Under the pieces are notes generated by a model. The model was given only the letters and a program-made list of their open reading frames with translations, had not been told where the DNA came from and ran no database searches. The position numbers and the translations under genes were made by a program. Source: a virus. Taken from it: 64,000 bases of DNA. Shown here in pieces: positions 35,958 through 45,367 of the stretch. Position 1 is the first letter of the stretch. The number at the start of each line of letters is the position of its first letter. The stretch lies in UHGV virus genome UHGV-0072281, one strand, 5' to 3'.

Positions 35958-38159
35958 TTATCGCGCTTGCGGTAGGAAGATGTTCGCGATTTGTCGTGCC
36001 GGGATAACATCCAACGCAGCGTTGATGAAACTCCCCTGCGACCACGCAGATGCCCAGTTCTGCGCCCAGATAGAAGCGTTAATCTTAGCGCGGGCGATAC
36101 CGTTAGTACGTTCGTACAACGTAGCACCACCTAAACACGCCATAAACTCACTGAACTTGTTATCGTCATCCCAGACCTTAGTGTCGGTCACAATCGGCAT
36201 GTACATGACGCGAGTCAAATCACGAATAGTAACAGAAATATCGCAGGACAGTGGAACACTATCACCAGGACGCCAACCTAGACCACCTACACCGAACTGT
36301 AAGGACATCGACGTTACCATTGCATTACGGAACGAGAAACGTCCTTGAGAGTAACACTCTAAGTAAAACGGATGGGTAAAGGTTTGTTTACCGGTTGCGA
36401 TCGGACACACTGCTGCAATCCAAAACGAGAGCGGGACTAACAAATCCTGGAAAATGTCCAGGTCGTTACCCGACCAACAACGTAAAGGAATGGTTAAAGT
36501 AATGTCATCTCCCGATGCGTCAGAACTATCCCAGACTTCTGGGAAGTCTATCACTGAGGAGTTGTACAACGACATTATCCCCGTCAAATGTAGGGTGTCT
36601 GCAACGCCTCGCATCGCTGACTTAATACCGGAAACTAAAGCATCGACCGCACTAAAACCGGTTTGACCGCCAGACAGGTTAACTTCCAGCGAACGTGCTT
36701 TTGCTGTTGCGGAGTTTACCATCCCGGAAATTTCAGGTTCTTTCGTGGAGTTAGAGAACGAACGCGAAACGGTGTCTTTACCGTCAATACGCCAAGTAAC
36801 CCACTGTGAACCGTTCTTAATCTCCGACAAGACGTTATCGCCAACGTCTGCAACCATATCGGTAAACTCTTTAAAGAACGTTCCTACTTTGGATTCATCT
36901 TTACCTTTGTTCATCCAATCTTGAACTTCAGCAATATCTCCTTCGGTAAGATCTTCTGGATTCTTTTCATCCAACGTAGAGTTCAGCTGCTTAGCTGCCG
37001 CTGCACGTTTCTCCATAGCCTGACGGGTTTTCTCCTGCTCTGACTGAATCTCTGCTGCTCGCTGCTGTAATTCAGTAGCAGTCCCCCCGACCACCAAGCT
37101 ATTACTCATCTGGCCAATCAATTGGTCTTCCTGAGTATCAATGTCCTGTATAGAGGAGGCATACCCACCCTTTTCACTTCTGGCAACTTTCTCCAAGTCG
37201 TATAACGAAACTTCAAATCCTTCTGCTTTCTGTCGTACACGATCGCTATAAGTAGCATTATAGTAAAACGCGCGCAAACGACTGGCAAACAACTCTTCAT
37301 CGTCGCCGGATTCTACACGAATCATATCGATGGTTTTAGCCTGATAGTTCGCCAAGGTCTGGTAACGGTTAATCATTCGGTAAATGTCAAACTCACCATT
37401 CGCTTTCCAGACTTCTGGTAAGGATTTATACCACTCTTCACGATCTTTATGGTAGCTATTTTCTTTGCTTTCGGTATCGTAACCCAACGCAAAAGTCCCT
37501 AACACACCCGTTGGCACTAAACGACGATAAATTAGCTGGGTGTTCAGGATGTTTTGCACAGCGCGTAAATACAGATGCATTGCGGGCTTAACGTAATAGT
37601 ATCTTGACGTTTCTTTATTCAGTGCTGCCGAAAGAATCCTCGGTGTAATCAGAATCACCGCGAATGCTACAGTACCAACCGTCGCCCAAATAGCGGCCGC
37701 ACCGATATACGAAGCTGCTGTTCGAATAATTCCTGGATAGTCACCTGTACGTGCGAGGTATGCCAGGTTAGAATCGTACATGTTCGCAAAGAACGAAGCC
37801 ATACCCAGATACTTCGGCTTACCGAAACGACAATGAACGTAAAATGAGTTTTGGCTAATGCTTTCGTAGTAATACGTCCCTAAACGATAAGACCCTGCGG
37901 CTGAGGAGTTATAAAAGGATTCACTACCGCTCTTAGTCGCATCGGGTTGTGCAAACGCGCCTGTTGAGGAAGGGTCTGCAAAAAGTGTAAACTGGGGCGG
38001 ACTATTAATCGCTTTACTGCCACCGACTGTGGTGTCTTCAAACGACAACATACCACCGGAATAGCGGCGCAAGGCCAGGAAACGTTCATCTCGACCATCG
38101 ACTGCGCCATTAAATAGGTTTTTGACCCAGCTTGAGTCGTTAACTGTTCTAGCGTCCAC
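35958..38159 (-). CDS. hypothetical large protein (733 aa, probably structural)
   Basis: long ORF directly downstream of the giant gene on the same strand. Confidence 0.55.
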   Translation of the reverse strand: MDARTVNDSSWVKNLFNGAVDGRDERFLALRRYSGGMLSFEDTTVGGSKAINSPPQFTLFADPSSTGAFAQPDATKSGSESFYNSSAAGSYRLGTYYYESISQNSFYVHCRFGKPKYLGMASFFANMYDSNLAYLARTGDYPGIIRTAASYIGAAAIWATVGTVAFAVILITPRILSAALNKETSRYYYVKPAMHLYLRAVQNILNTQLIYRRLVPTGVLGTFALGYDTESKENSYHKDREEWYKSLPEVWKANGEFDIYRMINRYQTLANYQAKTIDMIRVESGDDEELFASRLRAFYYNATYSDRVRQKAEGFEVSLYDLEKVARSEKGGYASSIQDIDTQEDQLIGQMSNSLVVGGTATELQQRAAEIQSEQEKTRQAMEKRAAAAKQLNSTLDEKNPEDLTEGDIAEVQDWMNKGKDESKVGTFFKEFTDMVADVGDNVLSEIKNGSQWVTWRIDGKDTVSRSFSNSTKEPEISGMVNSATAKARSLEVNLSGGQTGFSAVDALVSGIKSAMRGVADTLHLTGIMSLYNSSVIDFPEVWDSSDASGDDITLTIPLRCWSGNDLDIFQDLLVPLSFWIAAVCPIATGKQTFTHPFYLECYSQGRFSFRNAMVTSMSLQFGVGGLGWRPGDSVPLSCDISVTIRDLTRVMYMPIVTDTKVWDDDNKFSEFMACLGGATLYERTNGIARAKINASIWAQNWASAWSQGSFINAALDVIPARQIANIFLPQAR

Positions 38160-38204
38160 TTTCTACCTCTTTAAGATGGGGGTGGTTTCCCACCCCCGTG
38201 TTTA

Positions 38205-41200
38205 TTAACCCGCACGTCTAACGTTAAGCTGTCGTGCTGGCTGTTCAACGGACATTTGTCGTGATGCTGAGCCTGCTGGTGCCATAGGTTGGGTCGATAC
38301 GGTGTTTTGTACCGGCTGCGGACGTTGTTTAAGAATCGTGACAATCTCTCTGAGATACCCCGCCGATTCTTTCGCAACAGCCAACTGCTGGACACTAATC
38401 GGATCACCGCTACTGAGTGTAGGCCCGTTTTGTGCATCAGAAGTAACCGCAGGTGCCGGTTTACTCGTTGCTGCTACGCGCTGCACAGCGCCTTCTTTCA
38501 CCTTCTCGACATCTTCTTCAGGCAACCCTTCGTTTCTAGCTCCAGCCGCAACGGTCTCCGCAATCGTAGAGGCGTCGCCGCCAGCACTACTACCGCCAGG
38601 TGACGGTACTGCCGGACCACCACTGGTTGCAGCTTTGACATTGTCTGCACCCATCGCACCTTTCTCTGCTAACGCATCGTCACGACGCGCAGCATTCGAT
38701 GCGGGCAAGTTATCCGTCGCTCCAGAAATTGATGGATCGTTAGCTGCTCCTGCTGCTACCGCTGGAGAGGAGGCAACCGCAGGCGTTAGCCCTTTCACCA
38801 TGTCTTTCGTTGAAGCTGGGTTAGCCGCAATTTCGTTTGTCGCCACAGCACCCATACGGCGGTTCAGTTCATTAATAACTTCGCCAACAGTACGAATACG
38901 AACAATCTGTTCGCCTCGCATTTCGTAGAAGACTCCCTTATTACCTCTAAGGATTTGAGGAGTAATACCTTCTGCTTTGTCGGCTGGCATGTTCGGATTC
39001 TGCCGCCATGCATTAAGGAACTTCTTACCACCGCCTGGACCCAAGAAGTGATACAGATACGCAACAGCCGGGGGCGGTTCTACACCACCCAGGTCTTTCT
39101 GCGCCTGCATGATATTATCACGAATAAACTGTACCCCGAGGATGGTATTTGCCCACGGGTCATACTGGTTTACTTGCGGAATACCGTACCGACGAGAATA
39201 CCCCTTCATCATTCCAGACCACGTACTGTCGATGAACTGGAACAACCCTGCTGCTGACGCACCTGGGTTCTTGACGCCGTATCTGAAACCAGATTCAGCT
39301 TTCGCCATCGCAATCGCAATCGCAGGCGGAACACCTAAGGTATTTGCGACATCTGCAATCATTGCTTTAACGCCTTCTACGTTAGGTGTCTTACCACTAC
39401 CCAGTTTACTGATTGGATATTTCTCAGCCAAGGTTTTGTAATCACCTTCTTTGACGTCCCCGAGTTTAATCCCGGATTGGCCCGTAGAGAACTTCGCGTA
39501 ATTGCTGATCCCCATCTCACCCACAACTTGAGATAAGTCACCCGGTGTACCGTAAGACGACCCACCGTTTGGCAAGTACCCATCGTTAGACGCTGTACCC
39601 CAATCAACGACACCTTTAAAGCGTTCTTTGCCATCTTCGTCGGTTTGGTACATTCTCGTCGCACGATCGGCTTTCTGCCACTTCGCACGTTTACCTGCTG
39701 CGGGAGTAGAGCGCAGGGTGTTACGAACAGCCAGGTCAGGTTCTTTTGACAGTTCTTTCAGGTTGGCAAGTTCAGTAGCAACAGAACCTGCATCAGTGTT
39801 TGCTTCCTCGCCTAGCGGGTTGAATGGAATCTCCCACACGGACTGTCGAATACCGCCCTTCATGTTGTAAGCGCCACGAATCATCAACGCCAATTCGTAC
39901 ATGAACCCACCGGATACTTTCAATTCGGTAGGGTCTGCTTGCGGAATGTAACGTTTCAGACCAACGACGTAGGTCATATACGCCGGTAAGAAACGGTTGT
40001 AGAACCAGTTCTTACAACGCTCCTCTTTAGGACCACCTATCAAGTCAGGCGAGATAACCGCAATGGCTTCTTTCCAGTTGCCTTTATAGGTACAGTTCTT
40101 CACATCAATGTCTTTCAACACGTTCTTCTCTAACAACGTGAAAAGATTACGCGTTGTTTGGTTGATAGTAACCGCACCGTAGGTTTTCCACCTGACCGAT
40201 TCCAGGTCTTCCAAATCGCTTTTCTTCGGTAATGAATGCCAGTCAACTTGGATTTGAACCTGCTCAGTCCCGTCTTCCCATCCTTCAACCTTCGCAACTT
40301 TCTCGTTACGTTCAGCATCCGCATTCGCCAATACCTGACTGGTTTCAGCAACGGACGCAATTTTGTGGCCTTCGACAGCGTCACGCATACCTGAACGTTG
40401 TTTCCGTTTGTCGTCAGTACGCATGTTGATTGACCGCCACACACGTTCCTGTGCTTCGACAACCTCTTCCCCTGACAAGAACTCTGCCGGAGTAAAGGTA
40501 ACGAAATCCCACGCTTTAGAGAACCAACCCTGGTTAACTTTACGCGGGTCAGTCAACGAACGGAATTCCGCAGAATCTTTACCCATCTTCATTTTGTTGT
40601 AGAGGGTAATCATATCCGCTTTCGACACTTTCTTCGGATCACCAACATCTGCCAAAGCGATATCGTTATCCATAGACTTCAGTGCTGAAATCCAACGGAG
40701 GTAAATCGGTGCGAAACGTTGTAACATAAACGCAGTAAATGCTAACATCTCACCACGTTCTTCCAAGTTTACACCAAACCCTTCTGCGAGTTTCTTCACG
40801 TCTTCGGAAGACAAGCCACGTAATTGTGCTTCACCCCCTTCGGTATACGAGACGTAAGGTTTCAAAGCGTCTTCTAAATAACGGGCTTTCATACCGTCTT
40901 CAGAAGACCACTGGTCGTAGTCACGGAAACCGTATTGTGCCAGACGCATATAGTCGAGGTACTGCGCTTTCACACGGGTAGCGCATTTATACGCCCAATA
41001 ACCCAGACCAGCGGCAGTCGCACCGATCACAATTGCAGGCCAACCCACCGCAGCTACCACCGTAGATGCAGCCGAGGCTACCGCAGTCACCGCCGGAACC
41101 GCTAAACGCTGTACGGCAAACTTACCAACATTCCACGCTGCTTTACCGAGGAACCCGGTAGGTTTAAAAATACCCCACTTCGCAACTTTACCCAGTATGG

Positions 41201-44200
41201 AACCCACCGTACCTAAGATACTCACGATTGGTCCTACCAACGGTAGCCCTTTGAGGAAGTCCATCACCCCGCCTTTACGTCCTTTCTGTTCGGCGGATTT
41301 CTTGGCTTTCTCTTCTTCCTTAGAACGTCTACGACGACGGAAGAATTGGAAGTAGTCGCGTTTTTCATCATTGGCTGCCGGTTTGTTACGTTGTCCGAAC
41401 TTACTGAACATCGTACGAATCAAGCCATCAGGCGCACCAGCACGTTCCGCAGAGTCGCGCATGGTGTTAAACCAGGACATTTCCTGGAGGTTAACCATCC
41501 GGTTTAAACGTTCCAGTAATGCTGAACCAACACTTTTCGCTTTCTGCTTACCTTTGTTGATAACGCGTCCTGCGCTATCCGTTGCGGTTTCGAAATCCTC
41601 TTTCGCTGCGTTAATCACGCGTGTTGGAGAAACCTTACCACGGGCGTATAAGTGTTGACGGTAAAACTCAGCAACGTCATCGTCACGGCCTGCTAAACGA
41701 GACTCCGTCCGATAGCGAGTACCGATATCGTAGCGTGGATCGCGGAAGCTATCTACCGTTTCGCCAAAGCGTCCACGGAAACGGTCAAACCAGCCTTTAC
41801 CCGCAGCACCCCAACGAGACAGTCTATCACCAACTCCCTGACGGAAACGTGAGAATCGGTCACGTTGTCTGCCTCGCCAATCCCGGAAATTCTGGAAATA
41901 GTCTTTAAACCCGTCGCGGAAATCCTTAACGCGGTTAAGCATCCCTTTGATAGATTTCGACCCAACGTTTTTCTCCAGTTGCTCCGTCCAGGATTCATCT
42001 TCAGGCTCACCATCTAAACGACGGTTAAGGAGTTTATAGATGCGAATCAGGATATGGTTGGTCTTACGGCCATTCGACCAGGAGAACATGCTGAAACCGC
42101 CGCCAGAACCCCCATCCTTACGATTCTGCCACCACCGGGTAAGCGGGTTGTCGGTCGCTAACTCTTTGAATTTCTCAAAGCCACGTTTTGCATTGTTCCA
42201 CAAACGAGCGGGCATTCCCGTTACACGGGAAATCATGCTTTGTAAACGTGTTTTCTCACTGCCTTCAGGAATCTCGTTAAGCCACTCACGTGCTTTCTCG
42301 AAGATAGACGCTGCTCTTGGTGAGATTAGACCAATAAGTTTCTTCGGTAAGTTAACGGCTTTGTTTACCGCTGTACCTGCTTTACCGGAGATATACTGGA
42401 ACAGGGCCTGGAGTTTACCGCCTTTATAGAAGCGCAGTTTACCCGCAGCCGCTAAGTCCGCCGCTGCGAGAATCAAGTTCCCGGCTTCGTCAACAATATC
42501 ACGACCCAGCTTAATGTCGTCTAACGAGCTGAGTTGTACCAGCTTGTTGGTTTTAGGGTCAGCCTGATAATACTCACCTGCCTCTAAACGGCTTCCTTGT
42601 AAAACAACATTGCCTTTCTCGTCGTAGATGTCTCGAACACCAAGAACGCCTTTCCCGAACGCTACTGCTGAATTCCAGCCTGTGGACAGCGTACCAGTAA
42701 CTAAACCTTTCAGTCGTTCAAAAACACCTGGACCGTCAGAAGACCCACCGGAGAATTTCCCACGGATAAAACTGCCCAGTGACTGTAAACGCCCTTTCCC
42801 TCTCAGGAACATGTTCTTCGCAAAACGACCAGCGCCCGTACCGGTGTCCCAAAGTACACCCGCCCAACGACGGAACAGCCCACTTTCACCAAGCACAATG
42901 CGCTTACGTTTGCGTTTGTTACCGGTACTACCCGCGTCTTCAGATGCGTCACCCTCACCGTCACGACCACCACCTAAGCTTGCCAACAGAATACCTTCTT
43001 CATCCATGTTCTTGACATGTTTCAGAATTTCCTGCACGGTGTTGGATTCGGATTTGTTACGGATAGCATCAACGATTCTATCAAACTGTTGCTCTAAACC
43101 CGCATTAGTGTCAGGCCGTTCGCTTAACAGTTCAACAAAGTTGGTGGATTTTTCACCGTAGAGGACAGCAGCAAGTTGTCGTGCTGACAGCCCACGGCCA
43201 CCACGTCCACCTTTACCTTTAACGGTGTCAATAGTCGACTCGTCACCGGTTACGGAAGCGTCTACACCCAAACGACGTAAGTAGTCACCTAGCGCAGAAC
43301 CGTTTTTCAGTTTGCGCTGGATTTCTTGCTCACGGGTTAACGAACGACCAGAGCGAGTTTTCCCCATGGCCAGGTCGTTGTATAGCGTATACGGATCGTT
43401 AATGTCTTTATCTACATCAAACCGATCGTTCTTCGCATCGTACTTAAAGATACCTGCGTCACGTAACGCATTCTCGCCGTAGATAATTGAGGCTTCGTCT
43501 ACCGTGTTTTGACGTGCACGAATTGTTGACTGAATAGCTGAAATCTTACCAGCAATCTCGTTGCTCAGTTCGTGATGACCGCCTGCCAGTTCTGAAGACC
43601 GTGCTTCTAAGACCGCCTGAATCGCTTCTACCGCGTTCGCATTCATGTAACGATACATGTGCATCGGGTCTTTCAGCAGACTGCCTACGTCGAATGCCTT
43701 ACCTTCAGACGCACGGGATTCGATATAGTCCGCCAGCGCCTGGCGAGTTTTCGAATCCAGAGTTTTGTCTTTGTCGATAAAGTCAACGGTTTCGTTAATG
43801 TACTGCTGTAAACGTTTACGCTGTTCGTCATTAGCAACTGCCTTACGTACGCGATTGCCAATAACTTTACGATCCACCATACCTCGCGTGGTCAGGTCAT
43901 AAACCTGATCGTGGTGTTCGCCATATCCACGACGAATAGATTTGTTAATCTCCGTCAGCAAGGTCGGGATGACTTCCGTGATGCTAAGATATGCTTTACG
44001 GTCGAACTTCGCTGCTGCTGATAACGCCTCTGCTGAACGTTCTTCTAAAGCTAATCCCTCACGACGCAGCGGTGTCACTAACCCCATCTCGTGCATTAAA
44101 CGGAAGACAGTGGCCAATGGACCATCTATCTCACCAGCAATCGCTGAGTTAGAGATAGAAGATAAGTTACCGAACCCGTAGCGTGCCAACTGAAGCCGTT

Positions 44201-45338
44201 TCATGACTTCTGGGTTCTTTTCTAACTCACTGCGTGTCCAGTTCTGTAAACGTTCTACTTGCGGTTGTAAGAATCGTTTTGCTAACCAACCACCGGCAAA
44301 CCCTACGACTTTACCTCGGCTATTCGTACGACGACGTTCTGGCGACAGTGAAGAACTGTCTTCCATGTCGAAGTCGTCTTCCTGACCCATTGACAGAACT
44401 TGTTCTAATAGCCCACGTCCGTCACTGAAGATATTCGAAATCTTTTTCTTCGCGTTCTCACGGATTTGTTCAACGAACGAATCTGCGTAACGTAAGGGGT
44501 TCATCCATTCGGCAGCTTTACGTTTTACGTTAGCCCAACGAATTTCAGAGAATTCCTCTTTTGCATAATCCGGCAACGCGGTGTTTTTAACAATCGCTTC
44601 AAGTGCCGGAGTGTTACGGCTAAACTCGTCCTGTTTAAGTTTAGCAATATCTTGCAACGCGAATAACGTACGGTATTGCAGCTCTAGCTGTTTACGCTGA
44701 ACGTTAAGCATCACCCCACGACTTAAACTGGTCGTCAGGTTAACGTCTTTCGCAATACCGATAACCGTCTGGAACAGCGCATCGGACTTCATGTCCTTGA
44801 TGGTGTCACGAAGACGGTCTTCTACCATCCCTTCCTGAACTTCACGTTGCTGTTCAGGTGTTTGTGGGGTACCCGCAAAAACAGTGTCTAACTCACGATC
44901 CATTAATGCCTGTTTAGGATCGTAATTCCCGTAATCGTACTGGTCGCTTTTCGCCCATTTATCGATCTTACGGGTTACACTGTCAGGCAAATACCGTTTT
45001 AGGGTTGGGCCTAATTGACGAGCTTGTGCCTTCACCACGCGGGAGGTCTTTTCAATCTCGTCTTTCGTATGGGCCAGAATGTCTTGACCTGCGGCTTTGA
45101 CGTTCTTATAACCTTCATAAGCGTCAGACGCCGGTTTTGGCATTCCTTTTAAAATGACCTGATCACGTTTATTTTCGGGCCAGATAGTCGACAATGCCGA
45201 CTTACGGGCAGCACGAAATGTGTCCATGACCGGGTTACGCGATTGGTCTTGTTGACGAGGGGGCTCATCAAAATCGTCCCAGTCGTCCATGTTATCAAGA
45301 TCGATTTCATCGAAATCGTCTTTACCTTTTTTAGCCAT
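38205..45338 (-). CDS. giant virion-type protein (2377 aa) with lytic transglycosylase (SLT) domain, TM segments and low-complexity regions
   Basis: SLT motif AKAESGFRYGVKNPGASAAGLFQFIDSTW (about 38900-39330); hydrophobic block LPLVGPIVSILGTVGSILG...AIVIGATAAGLGYWAY (about 40980-41290); acidic N-terminus DDFDEIDLDNMDDWDDFDE; Arg-rich repeats; Ala/Pro/Ser-rich C-terminus. Confidence 0.7.
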   Translation of the reverse strand: MAKKGKDDFDEIDLDNMDDWDDFDEPPRQQDQSRNPVMDTFRAARKSALSTIWPENKRDQVILKGMPKPASDAYEGYKNVKAAGQDILAHTKDEIEKTSRVVKAQARQLGPTLKRYLPDSVTRKIDKWAKSDQYDYGNYDPKQALMDRELDTVFAGTPQTPEQQREVQEGMVEDRLRDTIKDMKSDALFQTVIGIAKDVNLTTSLSRGVMLNVQRKQLELQYRTLFALQDIAKLKQDEFSRNTPALEAIVKNTALPDYAKEEFSEIRWANVKRKAAEWMNPLRYADSFVEQIRENAKKKISNIFSDGRGLLEQVLSMGQEDDFDMEDSSSLSPERRRTNSRGKVVGFAGGWLAKRFLQPQVERLQNWTRSELEKNPEVMKRLQLARYGFGNLSSISNSAIAGEIDGPLATVFRLMHEMGLVTPLRREGLALEERSAEALSAAAKFDRKAYLSITEVIPTLLTEINKSIRRGYGEHHDQVYDLTTRGMVDRKVIGNRVRKAVANDEQRKRLQQYINETVDFIDKDKTLDSKTRQALADYIESRASEGKAFDVGSLLKDPMHMYRYMNANAVEAIQAVLEARSSELAGGHHELSNEIAGKISAIQSTIRARQNTVDEASIIYGENALRDAGIFKYDAKNDRFDVDKDINDPYTLYNDLAMGKTRSGRSLTREQEIQRKLKNGSALGDYLRRLGVDASVTGDESTIDTVKGKGGRGGRGLSARQLAAVLYGEKSTNFVELLSERPDTNAGLEQQFDRIVDAIRNKSESNTVQEILKHVKNMDEEGILLASLGGGRDGEGDASEDAGSTGNKRKRKRIVLGESGLFRRWAGVLWDTGTGAGRFAKNMFLRGKGRLQSLGSFIRGKFSGGSSDGPGVFERLKGLVTGTLSTGWNSAVAFGKGVLGVRDIYDEKGNVVLQGSRLEAGEYYQADPKTNKLVQLSSLDDIKLGRDIVDEAGNLILAAADLAAAGKLRFYKGGKLQALFQYISGKAGTAVNKAVNLPKKLIGLISPRAASIFEKAREWLNEIPEGSEKTRLQSMISRVTGMPARLWNNAKRGFEKFKELATDNPLTRWWQNRKDGGSGGGFSMFSWSNGRKTNHILIRIYKLLNRRLDGEPEDESWTEQLEKNVGSKSIKGMLNRVKDFRDGFKDYFQNFRDWRGRQRDRFSRFRQGVGDRLSRWGAAGKGWFDRFRGRFGETVDSFRDPRYDIGTRYRTESRLAGRDDDVAEFYRQHLYARGKVSPTRVINAAKEDFETATDSAGRVINKGKQKAKSVGSALLERLNRMVNLQEMSWFNTMRDSAERAGAPDGLIRTMFSKFGQRNKPAANDEKRDYFQFFRRRRRSKEEEKAKKSAEQKGRKGGVMDFLKGLPLVGPIVSILGTVGSILGKVAKWGIFKPTGFLGKAAWNVGKFAVQRLAVPAVTAVASAASTVVAAVGWPAIVIGATAAGLGYWAYKCATRVKAQYLDYMRLAQYGFRDYDQWSSEDGMKARYLEDALKPYVSYTEGGEAQLRGLSSEDVKKLAEGFGVNLEERGEMLAFTAFMLQRFAPIYLRWISALKSMDNDIALADVGDPKKVSKADMITLYNKMKMGKDSAEFRSLTDPRKVNQGWFSKAWDFVTFTPAEFLSGEEVVEAQERVWRSINMRTDDKRKQRSGMRDAVEGHKIASVAETSQVLANADAERNEKVAKVEGWEDGTEQVQIQVDWHSLPKKSDLEDLESVRWKTYGAVTINQTTRNLFTLLEKNVLKDIDVKNCTYKGNWKEAIAVISPDLIGGPKEERCKNWFYNRFLPAYMTYVVGLKRYIPQADPTELKVSGGFMYELALMIRGAYNMKGGIRQSVWEIPFNPLGEEANTDAGSVATELANLKELSKEPDLAVRNTLRSTPAAGKRAKWQKADRATRMYQTDEDGKERFKGVVDWGTASNDGYLPNGGSSYGTPGDLSQVVGEMGISNYAKFSTGQSGIKLGDVKEGDYKTLAEKYPISKLGSGKTPNVEGVKAMIADVANTLGVPPAIAIAMAKAESGFRYGVKNPGASAAGLFQFIDSTWSGMMKGYSRRYGIPQVNQYDPWANTILGVQFIRDNIMQAQKDLGGVEPPPAVAYLYHFLGPGGGKKFLNAWRQNPNMPADKAEGITPQILRGNKGVFYEMRGEQIVRIRTVGEVINELNRRMGAVATNEIAANPASTKDMVKGLTPAVASSPAVAAGAANDPSISGATDNLPASNAARRDDALAEKGAMGADNVKAATSGGPAVPSPGGSSAGGDASTIAETVAAGARNEGLPEEDVEKVKEGAVQRVAATSKPAPAVTSDAQNGPTLSSGDPISVQQLAVAKESAGYLREIVTILKQRPQPVQNTVSTQPMAPAGSASRQMSVEQPARQLNVRRAG

Positions 45339-45367
45339 AACGTTTAATCCGTATCAGGAGATTTAGC

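Noticed and set aside
38302-43161. Several + strand ORFs of 60-208 aa inside the giant minus-strand gene (for example 38302-38928, 42628-43161)
   Set aside because: They are antisense to a well-supported 2377-aa gene and have Ala/Pro/Arg/Ser-rich composition typical of mirror-frame artefacts, with no RBS context.
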